From: Amoebidium appalachense
Lineage: Eukaryota > Protista > Ichthyosporea
Reading direction: 5' to 3'
Assembly (NCBI GenBank): GCA_963693365.1
Contig: CAVNZM010000003.1
Location: forward strand, 2,320,768 to 2,384,767
DNA: 64,000 nt
Under the pieces are notes generated by a model. That model was given only the letters and a program-made list of their open reading frames with translations. It did not search any database and was not told the origin of the DNA. A program made the position numbers and the translations under genes. This document shows positions 38,501 to 52,350 of the stretch, piece after piece; positions within the stretch are counted from its first letter, which is position 1; each line of letters starts with the position of its first letter.

Positions 38501-40713
38501 GGACCTTCGGGTGTTGAGGAGTCTCAATCACATAGTCAGTGATGTAGTAGAGACCGTCGAGGGGGGTGAGATCTGAAATGATGTCACCATTACGGCTGTA
38601 GAGGAACGACGGGTGGTTGTCTGTATCGTCACAATGACCCAGGAGGCCGGCAGCTGAGGCCATGGAGGTAGACACGAGGAAAGACGGTGCCTCGGGTACG
38701 TAGTAAGCATTGATGCTGCACGGTGTTGGGTGTCCGTTGTAGTGCAGTGTCATGTTGATGATGCCACGTTGTTTGGCATTGACTGTGCCGAGGCCGTGAA
38801 TGGGGGTGGGAGGACACGGGGTAAGGGAGGAGAAATACTCCTTGATGGGGCAGATGTGTGCATTACAAGCACTGTCCCAGACGGGGTCGTTACTGTCAGG
38901 TGTGCCGGTGGAGGAGATAAGTGCAAATTTCACACTCTTGTCACCTTTCTCCTGCTTGGCACGACGAGCAACTGTACAGCCAGGCTCCGGGCATGCTGTG
39001 ATGTGGTGGGGCTCATGGCAGTAGGAACACTTCACACTTTTGGTGTTGTGCTGTCGGTTACGGTTGTCCCTGTTACCACGGTGGTAAGGGGAAGTTGAAC
39101 GGGGGCCGGGTGACTTGGAGGAAGGACGAGGATCACGGGAACGGGACGGGGAACGGTGAGGTGTATGCTCACGTCGAGGAATACGGTTACGGAGGTCACC
39201 GGGGGGAAGCACTCTGCTCTGGAGTGCACGGAGGGGACGGTTGTTGACGGTTGCACCTGTGCCTGCGTCGATGAGGCCGGCACGGATTTCAGCTCCTCGG
39301 ATGTCACTGATGAGCATGTTGAAGGACGGGTAGGCCTTGTTGTTCATCCAGTAGTCGGAGCAGAGACGTTCAATGTCGGAGCAGACCAGGGCTGTGTTCT
39401 TCCGGAGGTGGAGGAAGAACTTACGTACGACATCCTTGTGCTGGACGGGCTCGTCGAGGCAGGCAAGTGTCGTAGCCAGACGTTGGAGACGGGTGAGGTA
39501 TGCTGTGACGTTGGGGTAGTCTCGTAGTTCAAGCTCCTCGAAGGTGACTTGAATCTGGGTGACTCGGGCCTCCTTCTCTGCTACATACGCCATACGTAGG
39601 TTGTGGAAGACTTCACCACCGTGGACACCGTCTTGCATCCGGCCGGAGTCGTAGAGCTCGGTCGGGTGGACGGACTGGTTGAGGATCTGGTCGAGGACGT
39701 CGGAAGCTTTCTTGTAGGAGTCCTTGGTGGTGTAGCCTAGCCACTGGTTGGCTTCAGCGCCGTCAACCCACTGTGGCCTCTTGATAGCGTCAACGAATTT
39801 CTCGGCAATGGTTGTTCTAATGAACCGGTGAATGAGTGGCTCCCACTCGAAATAATTAAGACGTTTCTCGTCTCGTTTCTCGGACGGATTCCATATTGGA
39901 AGGTTGATATACGACGGTTTGTCAGTCATGATTGAAGCAGTAAGACTGAGAGATTTTCGCGGTTGTAGCGAGATTGTGTGTTAGCGTGCAAAGGGGCCGT
40001 AAACCTGTTATTTTGTGTGGGTAAACAGAGAAGCAGAGAGCACAGATGGGTGTTATGATATACACAACACAGAGACACACGGGAAAAACACAACCGGAGA
40101 GGAGGAACGATTTCTGGAACCATGGGAAGTGAATACGACTGCTTATGATTTATTTCAAGATGAGGTCCCTTTTATACTTGGGAATGTGAAACGATAAACC
40201 AATCAAAAGAACGAAAACTATGAGTGTAAAATATATCGATTAAAATGTCTGTCGACACATAGAATATAAAACTCAATCCTCTAATGAAAGAAACTTCTAA
40301 TAAAACCACGGAAACATTTAACAAAATGAAACCACTTATGTAACTATTAATTCATAACATACATTTATACATGTTCTTATCATAACACGTCTAAATATAA
40401 TTATTCCTAATAGTTGAAGAACATAGCACAATGCTACGTCGTGGGAAAGGAATGAGAAAGGAATGTAAGTTACTATATTTGGGAAAATACAAACGAGATA
40501 TGATTGGATGACATATATAGATTTTGACACAAACGACAATACGTGTGCGCGAGCTAAGTATGTCGATACGTACACAGATCTAAGATGTCGTGTACACGGA
40601 AACGGAAAAGAAAGAAAGAAATGAAGAAAGGAAAAGGAAACAAACTACAACAACTAATAAATAAATACAAAACTCAACTTCTAAGTCTTGCTGAGAATCA
40701 AGTGAAGATGACA
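34333..40713 (-). mobile_element. Intact Ty1/Copia LTR retrotransposon, LTRs 34333-35040 and 40006-40713 (708 bp), TSD ATTCC
   Basis: TG..CA LTRs, near identical (2 substitutions noticed). TSD at 34328-34332 and 40714-40718. PPT at 35041-35049; PBS-like sequence at ~39983-40005. Confidence 0.97.
35565..39929 (-). CDS. Copia gag-pol polyprotein, 1454 aa
   Basis: CCHC knuckle CSYCHEPHHITAC, protease WDSAC, integrase WHNRLGH..C..C and D-D-E (TPQQNGVVER), RT (LDVSTAFL, LYGLKQA, YVDD), RNase H (YSDADF, STTEAE, CDNQS, ADIFTK). Integrase precedes RT. Confidence 0.98.
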   Translation of the reverse strand: MTDKPSYINLPIWNPSEKRDEKRLNYFEWEPLIHRFIRTTIAEKFVDAIKRPQWVDGAEANQWLGYTTKDSYKKASDVLDQILNQSVHPTELYDSGRMQDGVHGGEVFHNLRMAYVAEKEARVTQIQVTFEELELRDYPNVTAYLTRLQRLATTLACLDEPVQHKDVVRKFFLHLRKNTALVCSDIERLCSDYWMNNKAYPSFNMLISDIRGAEIRAGLIDAGTGATVNNRPLRALQSRVLPPGDLRNRIPRREHTPHRSPSRSRDPRPSSKSPGPRSTSPYHRGNRDNRNRQHNTKSVKCSYCHEPHHITACPEPGCTVARRAKQEKGDKSVKFALISSTGTPDSNDPVWDSACNAHICPIKEYFSSLTPCPPTPIHGLGTVNAKQRGIINMTLHYNGHPTPCSINAYYVPEAPSFLVSTSMASAAGLLGHCDDTDNHPSFLYSRNGDIISDLTPLDGLYYITDYVIETPQHPKVQAYTARTQPPTDLTLWHNRLGHRALSTVTRMAKDELVIGMPHSLKSPDNSDCFGCMSGKTTKAPFPGTRSKFTIPGAKWHLDFFEAPCASYGGYKVALVCVCDATGYTTVFPLYNRGETLSHIQSLVETIERQTPEIVTHLRFDSGSEFTSKDTEAYCKQKGIIMEFAPVDTPQQNGVVERKMRELQETVRCFLHADKDQPLSPKLWVAALKHAGYIINVTPSSAANGNTPFEAFHGFKPDVSQLHVFGSPAYVHVPRSKRNKLASTVRVGTYVGWDLPSKAHKILDHASNQIKICRDVIFDESKFTSSTNQVSVPPKPDLPTLDPPSDDDDETPSVVISQPSWHNQPAPVEPVPPPSPPPTGQQPLLPSPPVAVHQPGYMTPVRPGSPTFHSASSSPVDTDAPLTTGPIPGFHAPIPASTTYPATTPLKDPPKPNLRRSTRLTKTPTALVSIVAPTINIDQLPKGIQKLCNGPNGDAVIAALTSEYQAFITKDVFTIVDPPPGANIIKFKWIVTEKVLNSAGDTKIKARGVAKGFTQVYGVDYGDTSSPVVMSSSVRALLAIGVDGNHEIHQLDVSTAFLNSPLQEDIYIEPPPGFITPGNEHKVWKLKKALYGLKQASLAWYEYFDKVLLTHGLERLRSDPCVYIKTFPNGDIILTGNYVDDVIIICTANSSHTKDLVDHIMKSALCKVDLPDIFLGTQLIHTPGHLKLLQQSYINDIVRDFNLNDAHPKATPIPVGTVITINENDSPPIKVPYRELLGRLLWVARCSRPDISFAIGYLGRFSANPTKLAWECLLRVVRYLIGTSNLGLHYDKSASDDNTPLLECYSDADFANCPNTRRSTTGYVIFFKGIPITWYSKLQSITATSTTEAELLAINAAVQNVIWHRDLLRELGYPMTDPTPVYCDNQSTIALLHTNSIKHRTKHIAVRYHNTKDYIKSGDVVVTYVSSKDNVADIFTKPLPGPSHEQHRDSLSLRD

Positions 40714-40821
40714 ATTCCTGCAGGGTAGTGGTGGCTCGAAGCAGCTCGGCCGGAGCAAAGTGGGGGGCCAATCTGCCAGTGTTGCTCCGGAACGGGAGAT
40801 CTGGGGGGGGGGGGGGGGGGG

Positions 40822-42511
40822 TTAGCCCAAGGGAAGGGATAGGAACTCGTGGACCCAGGAGGGGAAGGGGCAGGGCTCCGGTTGCAGGGAAGGTCGGAGT
40901 CGTCGGGCCCGGGGAAGTTGGTTACGAGAAATGGCATCGGCCAGATGGTTGAGGGGTCCTGGTAGGTAGGATGCCTGTAACGTAAATTGGTATTGCATTT
41001 CCATGCGGGTGATGAACCGAATAAGTTTGGCCATCACGGGGTGGGGGGAAGACCGGGAGTGCAGGTCAGACACAGCACCCGTGTTCAACGTCGCATAAAA
41101 TACGGACATGGTGGGTGGACCAGGAGGGGGCCCAGAGGGCCACGGCGGCTGCGATGGCCAGGAGTTCGATGACGAAAGAACCGAGTTTACCCTCATGAGC
41201 ATAGAGGGCTTGGGTGGAGGGGGACCAGGGCATGAAGAACCATTGGTCGAGCCAGTGGCCTCCTAGACCCACCGATCCGGCAGCATCAGTGGCCAGGGTG
41301 GTGTATGTGGGGGGTGTGATGAGGTGCACCCCATTCCATGATGTGAGGAACTGGTGCCATTCGGCTATGTCGGCCCGGGCGGCAGCAGTCAGTCGTATGT
41401 GGTGGTGGCCGGCAAGGTGTGGGTGGGTCCGGAGAAGGGCCCATAGGCGCTGGGAGAAGGCCCTCCCGGGGGGGGAACCAGCTGGGCACACCAGGTGAGT
41501 TTGCCGAGGAGGGACTGGAGGTCCCGAATGGTGATGGTGGGCTTTGGGTGGGAAGTGAGGTCGAGTAGGTCCGAGAGCTTGGAAGCCGGGATTCGTGCCT
41601 CCATGGCGATGGAGTCGAATTCGATACCGATGAAGACGACACGGGTAGCCGGGCCCTGCATCTTGTCTTCGGAGATGGCAATGTGCAGCTCTCGGCAGAG
41701 TTGCAGGAAGGTGGATAGGTGACGTTGGCACTGCTCTTGTGTGGGGGCGACTATAATCCAGTCGTCTACGTAGTGGCGGATGAGGGTAATACCGTGCTGG
41801 TGTGCCAGCCACTGTAGGGTGGCCGCGATCCGTTCCCAGATGGCTGGGCTAGATTTCAGGCCGAAGGGCAGTCTGGTTTCAACGTAAAAATGCCCTTGCC
41901 ATTTGAATGCCATTAAGTGGTGGTCTTCCGGTCGGATGGGCATGTGCCGGAAGGCAGCCTGCACATCTGCCACGGCCATGTAGCAGCCGGGGCCTGCGTC
42001 GAGAATGAGTTGGGTGACATCCCGGGCGCGAATGTACTGAAGTTCGTCGGGGTAGGTGATGCTGTCATTGACACTGCTACCCCGGGGCCAGGAGAGGTGG
42101 TGGATTCGACGGTACTTGGGGGGGTTCCCTTTCTTGGTAACGGCGCCGATGGGGGAGGAGCGGTGGACCGGAAATTCGTCAAAGAATTGGGCCGGGGAGA
42201 GGGGGCCGCGCAGGTGGCCGAGGGCGACTTCTTTGGCAATATCCACCGTGATAGCGGCAGCTGCCTCCGGGGTGGTGGGTAGGTTGGGGCCCACCCGAGA
42301 GGTGGAGGGGCCGCGATAGCCGATGTCGACGCCGAATTCGACATTGTGGAGGAGTTGTGTGGCGAATGGTTGGTCCGGGTAGGAGGCCAGCAGTTCCCGG
42401 AGGCGGGAGGTGTCAATGTGGTGCTGGGGCAGCGGGCGGGCCTCCGGGTCTGAGCCTCGGGGGAAGGGGGTGGTTAGCAAGGGTGGTGTACCCTTGGGGA
42501 GATCCCGGCAG

Positions 42512-42547
<36 letters not shown>

Positions 42548-42642
42548 CAGGGCCCCGGGGGGTTAGAGTAGGGCAGCTGGGCCCAAGTGAGGGTGGGCAG
42601 GGAGGGCAGCGGGGCCCTGTGCAGGGGAATGTGCCCGAGCAC
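40822..42642 (-). CDS. Ngaro RT-RNase H (frameshifts near 41470 and 41080)
   Basis: Motifs SPIGAVTKK, RRIHHLS, ADVQAAFR, LPFGLKSSP, HYVDD, FIGIEFD; RNase H motifs TDAAG, IELLAI, ILCD, NHLADAISR. Confidence 0.92.
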
Positions 42643-42937
42643 GCGGGGGTGTGGGCGGACACAGAGGTAGAAGAAGGGGGGGGAGGGAGTGCTAGGTGAG
42701 TGTAAGGGGGGGGGGGAGGCTCGTGGGATGGGGGGGGAGTAAAATTATGTGCAGTGGCCAGAATAAACGTCTTTGTGTAGGGACATTTATTCTTGACGCG
42801 CGCGGGCGCCGTAGTTGGCCTGCGAAATTTTGTACTCAGCCCTATTGGCCCGTTCTCCCGAGCTCCGTTTACCTGTACTCGTGTGTCCTAGCTCCTAACC
42901 CCTATGTTCTAGCTGTGTGTGTGGGTGTGCGCGAAGA

Positions 42938-44096
42938 CTAGGCATTGTGCTTGCAGTCTTTGCGGGGGTGTGTGCCAGAGCAGAGCGGGCACACGTGGGA
43001 GAAGGGGCAGGGCTGCTTAGCGCAGGACCGACCGTTAATGTGGAAATTCCTGCAGTGCGTCGCGGGTAGATCCACGGGTCGGGCCGGTTTTGCCGGGCCG
43101 GGTTGCGGGCCAGGGCGGTTAGGGGTTTGACCCCCGCCGGGCTTGTGGGGCGGCTTAAAGCCGTCAAGACCACAGCCGGGCTTGGGGTACATGGGGCAGG
43201 CAGCGCTGGGGTGGTCGGGGAAGCCACAGCGCTGACATGCGTCCGGGATGAGCAGAGTGGCTGGCAGGAGGAGATCCTGGTGGAGTTGGGCGAGCAGGTT
43301 GGGACACTCGATCGGAGCCCGACCCTGCTGGTGGGCAACGGTGCGGGCGTATACGTCATAGTTGTGGATCTGGGCCCACGGGTATCGGGTGCTGAGGCGA
43401 GTGATGTGCTGAGTCCAAAGTACGTCTTTGTCCGTGGGGAGGCCGAGGTGGTGCTTGGCGGCCATGTAATGGGTCGAAGCTTGGATCCAAATGACGAGTG
43501 AACGCAGGGGAACGGGTTTGTCTTGGCGAAAAGTCTCGATGCTGCCGTCGTCGGCCATGCGCAGATGCTGACCTTTCTTGGATGGGGCCAGGAGGGCGGC
43601 GGGGGTGAACTTATACAGGTCGACGAAACGATTGGCGCGCAAATCTGCCAGCACATCCGCGGGGGGAAGCGGGAGTGTGCCCGGCTGAATGTCGCCAGTG
43701 TTCTCACCTGTGATGGGGGGCGCGGGCAGGGCAGGTAGGTCTAGGTCAGGGCCGAGATGCAGCCCCGGGGAAACCTCCCCGGGTGTGGAGGGCGCGGCGG
43801 GGGTCGCGGTTGGTGAGAGCAGCCAGGACGCCAGCCATCTGGGTGCTGATGGCGGTGAGGGCGGCCAGGACGGCGTCTTGAGAAGTCATCTGCGGGGACG
43901 GCGGGGCCTGAGGGGGGACTTCAGGAGTGGAGGGCAGAGTAGCCGGCGGGTCCGGGTCCGTGGTGGTATGGGCCGCTGGAGGCGCGTCAGTGTCCGCGGG
44001 AGCGTTGGTCAGCCTGTGGCGGAGGTCGCTGCGGGTCAGGCGCTTAGGTGCCGCGGCAGGGGCGGCGGCTGAGGCCTGGCGCTTTTTCGGCGGCAT
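42938..44096 (-). CDS. Ngaro ORF1 gag-like protein with zinc fingers (one frameshift near the 43800 G-run)
   Basis: Starts MPPKKR. Contains CQRCGFPDHPSAAC (CCHC) and the terminal CRNFHINGRSCAKQPCPFSHVCPLCSGTHPRKDC finger seen in DIRS-group gag proteins. Confidence 0.8.
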
Positions 44097-44754
44097 GCTG
44101 ACCGGCGTAGGGAAAGATAGGGAGAATGAAAAGGAATATAATAGCTGTAAGGCTGTGGATGCTAAACACAGAAGATGTGTTTGTAGCTTGCTGATCTGCT
44201 AAAAACTGTCGTGCTTATATAGTCTAAGCCTACCGATCTGAGCCAATCAAAAATCGATCTAGTGATATGTGAAATCTGATCCGAGCCAATCATAACTCGG
44301 TCTAGTGATCTGTGGTATCTGATGTTTTGACTGGCTAATAGGTGCCCGTGTGCGGGCAGCCAACCGCTAACTGCTAAAACACGAAATGAAGCCTACATGG
44401 TTATGTTGGTACCGAACACCCATCCTACGTGTTTACCCAGAAAAAAATTTATGTCAATAATTTCCACAAATAAAACCCATATATATTTATGTTCGTCTCT
44501 ATAAAGAAACTTATTTAAATACATATATTTCCTAATAGTCGACACTCTCAAAGTGAAGACACTTTGCAATAAACCGAATTCCATATATATCTATTGTCCA
44601 ATCACAACACACATATATTAACAGACAGGAATGCACAACACAATCTACAGATGTACTCGCTCGCGACTATTGGCGAGCCATCCTTTTTGAGAACAAAACT
44701 AGGCCATTTTGAAATAAAGGAAAGACAACGAGTGAGGCTAGCCAATCACGCTAC

Positions 44755-46606
<1,852 letters not shown>

Positions 46607-46821
46607 CATCAGCAAGCTTCCCGGCGGTATTGCCAATATTGTGAGGCTATTATCTATTGCCAATATCGTAACAATACCAGATTAATACTGAAGTAATATC
46701 AATTATCCATTGCCAATGTATTGCCAGTAGAGATTTTCTGTGGTAGAGACGCTATAGAAGTGTAATAGAACTGTAATATTGACGTAATATCGGCAACATA
46801 TTGTGATATTATTGTCATACC

Positions 46822-49800
46822 TGTAAACAGTTGGACTAGTTAGGATAAGGCAGAGTACAACTGAATCAAAATAAAGACAGAGAACGGGTAGAAAGGCACA
46901 CGCGGCCAAGTTGCTTTTACTATGGGCCGACTCAGTCTGTCTCAGACTTCACTGATGTGATCCCCGTACTGGGACGGCTTTGTTATATAGCCCCCAGGTT
47001 TCGGATCAAGGCCCAGGATTGCTTCATCCGCGGCCAGCGCGGGTGGCAACATGCCATTCGTGATTCTGGTGCGGTCCAAGCCAGTCAGACCTTCGTCCTA
47101 TTTATGCAAACATCTTATTGGTTCACTTCGTTTATGTGGTATGCAGCGGTAGAATCATACATGGTTCATTTCTTAGGTAAGATTGATTCCTATTGGTGTG
47201 GACATAATATTTATGTGATATTCATGACAAAGAACGAATTGTGTGCTAGTAGATCACATTCTTTAGTAAACATGTACAGTTCATGTGTACAGTTGTTTAC
47301 ACTCCCCCCCTTGTCGGGAGCCTGGTGGTGTCGTTAGACAAGCAAACCACCAGGCTGAGAGGCGATAAACAACCTTCAGCGAGAATTCTTGTGTGTGCCG
47401 AGCTGCTGGACAGAACAGAGCAAGGACGGTGGAATAGAGTTGTGCACGTCTATGAGCACTTCTTCATTTGCCAAAACGTAAATTCATGCAGCATTCTTCT
47501 GTGATTTCATTTTCGTGGCGAAGATTGTTGCAGAGTGTGCGTGCGAATAATTCGCTAAGCCTTCGTCTCTGTGCTTGGCTTTTCTGTAGAAGTAGTATTT
47601 TCCTTTTTGGGAATTTTTCCTTTTTAGGATACTCCCGCAGATTCGTTTTCAATTGCGAGTAATTTGGTTGTGTGGATGAATGATCATACCAAACATTCGA
47701 TTATGAATATAACTCGAGCCTTAGGTCACTTCGTAGCTCAGGTAGTGGTGGATAGCTTCAAGGCTTAGCCGCTGCTCCTTATCCCGGTTCTACCTTAAGA
47801 CTGTAAGGCGAGTCACCATGGCCGGAAAAGCCACTTCTTTCATGAACAAAGAGCACTTCTTTCCTTTCAGCTTTAACCCTGCATCATCGGAGCTGGGAAA
47901 AACAGAATACAAATGCCCCAAGTGTTCTTCGTTGGGCGACATAAAGAAATATATCAGCCCGTCAGAATTCGAACCAGTAAAAACCCGGTTCATAATTCAT
48001 AAGAAGAGGGTAGGCAAAGCAAACCTTCTTCAGAAAACACATGCTTCCATTCGTGAGCAGTTTTCGTATCCCATTTGCCAGCCATTTTTCGTTGAGCAGG
48101 GGGATTCCAGGCATAATACATTCTTCTGGAGGCTTGGCCTAAAAAGAAAAGTCGTCAGAGTCGCCCTTTCTTTTGTAAGCAACTTCGTGAGCGCGCTTCG
48201 TATCTTCATATCCTCCAGTGCAGGTCTGGATGGTGCCCCATCCTCTGCTTCATTTGTAGGTGGCCCTACTGTAGGTTCTGTTCGTTGTGTGGAATACCAA
48301 AACCATTCGTATTCGTGGAACTGCTTTGTGCTGTGCTTGCTTTCGTGTTGGTGTTCATGTAGTTACCCCATTCACACACCTACTACTTTCATACATCAGA
48401 CGTAAGTAGCTGCCTGGGGGGTGTGTGGTTCGTGTTCGTGGCATTCTTCTGTTCCTTCGTGAGAAGAATATTCGTTTTAGCAGAGGTGCCCAATAAGGCA
48501 GCTTGTGGGGTTGTCTCCCGCATGTGCCCATTGGTGGGGTATGCACGTGCTAAATTGTTACAGTGTCATCATATTGCAAGGGAATAACATGGTCACCTCC
48601 GTACCAGGGCCTAGGTACACATGATGGTCCGATGTGTTAGTCAACAACACCTTGCATTCGTATTCGTATTCGTCTTCCACGTCACTTTCTTCAGTAGTGA
48701 AGGAGGGTATTCGTAATTCGAAACTGAAAGGCTTCCAGCCAAAATACTGACACTGTATGCTGGGGTTGTGAGGGAACGGTGCCCATACCACATTCTTTTG
48801 TTCTGGTGGGGGTGTGCCGGCAGCTAGTGCAAGGCTTGACAGTGTAATTGGTATGTTACACAGTATTGCCACAGACGGGCATTCACCTTAAAATTCGTAC
48901 CCAACACCTTCTTTGTTTTTCACATGCATGAACAAAAGTTCTGCATCGACTTTATTACATGCCTTTTGTGCACCAAGAGTGCAAATTCGTTAGGGCGTGG
49001 CACCAGGAAGGGCCGCCATACATGAGGCATATGTTCGTAATGTGTTTAGGCATGCCAGCATACATTCATGCGCATGTTGTGCATCCTGTGCGCTAAACTA
49101 TGGGGCATGCTGTATTCGAAAACAGCAAGAAATTCGAAGCATGCATGCAAAACTACTTTCACAGCACCTTATGTCCTCAATGCTATAGGAACAGCGACTA
49201 TCTTCTTCTTTAAATGCATTCGTGCTGAAAGTGGCCGTGCATCTGGCTTGCGAGTGTGGAGGTGCATGCGGTGGCATGGACACGATGACAGTGTGCAATA
49301 GCGCAATGCACGCAAGGGCAACGGTTTTCTTTTCTTCGTAACATAGAAGGGGCTGTGTGCATTGCAACCCAAGCAGTGTTGTGCATTCGTTCTTTCATTT
49401 TCGTATTTCCATTTCATTTTGCTTTCGTTTTTCGTTTTTTGTCGTTTGATAACTTCGTTACTTCGTTTTGTTTTCGTGTTGCATTCATTTCGTATTTCCT
49501 CTATGCAATCGTTTGTCGTTAATTCTTTATTTCATTGCGTATTCGTGATGGTTCGTTTTTCGTTGGTTCATTGCTTCGTTAGCAATTCTTTATTCGTTTG
49601 TTCGTGTATTCGTTGTTTCGTTGTGTATTCGTTTTTCTTCACATTTTTGATGTGTCGTAGCAAAAGAAGTTTTACATGCTTTCAATTCTTTCCATGTAGG
49701 TGGGCTGGCCACTTCAAACTTGTAGGTGTATATATTCTAAGCCGGACAAGGAAAGATGTGCCTATCATCGGGGTAAAAAGGATTGTGATCGGCCATGGGA

Positions 49801-50375
49801 GATTCTTGAGCTGATTGAAAGATGTGAGATTCTTGAACTGATTGAAAGATGTGAGATTCGAAGGATGCGAGATTCTTGAACTGCGCGGTCGCCAATGTAA
49901 ACAGTTGGACTAGTTAGGATAAGGCAGAGTACAACTGAATCAAAATAAAGACAGAGAACGGGTAGAAAGGCACACGCGGCCAAGTTGCTTTTACTATGGG
50001 CCGACTCAGTCTGTCTCAGACTTCACTGATGTGATCCCCGTACTGGGACGGCTTTGTTATATAGCCCCCAGGTTTCGGATCAAGGCCCAGGATTGCTTCA
50101 TCCGCGGCCAGCGCGGGTGGCAACATGCCATTCGTGATTCTGGTGCGGTCCAAGCCAGTCAGACCTTCGTCCTATTTATGCAAACATCTTATTGGTTCAC
50201 TTCGTTTATGTGGTATGCAGCGGTAGAATCATACATGGTTCATTTCTTAGGTAAGATTGATTCCTATTGGTGTGGACATAATATTTATGTGATATTCATG
50301 ACAAAGAACGAATTGTGTGCTAGTAGATCACATTCTTTAGTAAACATGTACAGTTCATGTGTACAGTTGTTTACA
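46822..50375 (-). mobile_element. Non-autonomous Ty3/gypsy-like LTR element, LTRs 46822-47301 and 49896-50375 (480 bp), TSD ATACC
   Basis: TGTAAACA..TGTTTACA ends; TSD at 46817-46821 and 50376-50380. [14 protein letters not shown] next to 47302; PBS TGGCGACCGCGCAG at 49881-49894. The interior has only remnants, such as EEHLGHL..GLKLKGKKC. The empty site is visible at ~31550. Confidence 0.93.
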
Positions 50376-51687
50376 ATACCATGCCGGGTCTACCACCAAT
50401 AACTATATACCGTATGAGTAATGTACTGGCAATATCTCCAAACGCGTGTACGTGTGCCTATTAACAATACAATTGCGATATTGTCAATGTATTTATTCGG
50501 TATTATACTATTGCTTGCGGAGTATTGTCAATAAGTTATGAATATATAAAATGTAGGATAATTTTGTGTCAAATTATGGTATTGTCCAACGTGGCAAGAC
50601 TATTGCCAATATATTATGAATGTATTATTCCTGACCATTTTGGGTTATTGGCAATATACCCAACACATATGTCCCATATGGCCGATACAAACATATCGTC
50701 GCTATTGGTTATAGGGTTGTGATATGCTTATAATAGGATCTCAATTCGGTCCAAATGTATGGCCAATGTATCCGTCACAATATCAAGACTATTATGCACC
50801 TATTATCAATAGGTAAAAGCAACCGAAAATATGGGGCGTGTATTTTATTGCCAATATATTGGTACAATATTGGGGATGAAAGAACAGGTCACTTTACCTA
50901 TGTAGTTGCAATATTGTGAATGTATTGCCAACACATGTTCAACAAACATATTCGGAGTGTAGTCCTTGTATGCGCAGTACATTGCTAATACCGTGGTATT
51001 AGGGTGGACATATACTGATATTATGTAGATCACATCCTACCCATATCACATCCATATTAGTAGGACATAAACATGATATAGCAAGAAAACTTTTATCCTA
51101 TTGCGAATATCTAAGGCACAAGTGGTATTGGCAATGTCGCGAATACATCTATAATACTGTCACCAATACGGACACAGCTAAGGACACCATATATTGGTTA
51201 TAGTCTCAGTATATACTGCCAGTATGTTCGAATGCGAACAAATCATTACGTAGGAGGTACTATCAATATACTACCAGTACCGGTACGATATACACACATC
51301 ATATACAATACATTTGCAGTATAATATGGGTGCATTTCCGTACCAAGATTGAGAAGGGCAACGGCCATAACAAGTGGTCCTCACGTTTTTAGCACCTCAA
51401 AATATAAAAGTTCTTTGTTTTGAATACTGTTCCTGGGGAAGATGTTCCCGTGGTCCGTGGTACAAACGTCACCGAACGTCCTACCATTAAACCTTTCACC
51501 AGCCTACATCCTGTGTAAGCGGTAGGGTATAAAACTTGAAGTAGCATAAAGGATAATACAGGAAAGTAATGACACCCCCCCCCCCCCCCCCAAACAACCG
51601 TGAAATACGGGCAAGTACGGCATACATACGGAATAAATAATTCAACTCTTGGGAATGTATTCCCTGTGGTACAGGCAATGACATACA

Positions 51688-52350
51688 TTACATATTCACA
51701 TATTTGTTCTCAACATATTGCTGAGGACCATTTCCTGTGCGTGTCAGAGGGATGCAGTGAAATGTTCCCAGGATAGTCTCCACATCGATGATGTCAAACT
51801 CGGGTTCCCGGCTGTTTCTGCGTGGATCCCTCAGTCTCACACAGTCTGTTGCTGCATCAAAACCATCCCTCTCGAAATAACGCACAAACAACCGTCGCAG
51901 CGTTTTGTCTTCATGGGTGCACGTGAAGAAAAACAGGGCCCGTGCGTACCACTCCTCACCCTCCACGCCAGAGTTAATAACAATGGCATCAAACCGTTCT
52001 CGTCCATAGAATGACCCGTTCGCTACCACCCTATGCCACAGCCCGACGGATTCCAGCTTGATATAACAGCTGTTATATGGGGTGATGAGCAATGAGGAGG
52101 GTTGTTCGAGTTCTTCTCGGAGAGGGCGCTCATTCCGGGGCACACAAGGGGAGATTCTACTGAGGTGGAGCTGAAGTTGAACTGGAAGGTCCTTCAGGTC
52201 GGGGTATTTCAGGAGCAGATCGTGGGGGACACGTGCGTCTTGGTCGTCATGCAGATCGGTTGTAGCAAAAAAACGATCCAGCTCACCAAGGTGGATGGGG
52301 TTTTGAGGCCCTGTTGGCACAGCAAGAGGTGAATGAGTGAGGTATCCCTG
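51688..52350 (-). pseudogene. Transposase-associated C-terminal domain, Plavaka-like
   Basis: Pattern ANGSFYGRERFDAIVI..WYARALFFF..LFVRYF..DAATDC..IIDVETILGTFHCIP..YVENKY resembles, from memory, fungal Plavaka C-termini. Preceded by a splice acceptor; a further exon-like segment lies at ~52951-53300. Confidence 0.55.

Larger units (their letters stand above)
32669..44477 (-). mobile_element. Tyrosine-recombinase retrotransposon, Ngaro/PAT-type split direct repeats (A1-gag-RT/RH-YR-B1-A2-B2)
   Basis: A repeats of ~350 bp at 44127-44477 and 32888-33236. B repeats of 89 bp at 33237-33325 and 32669-32757. ORF order is gag, RT-RNase H, YR. Confidence 0.93.
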
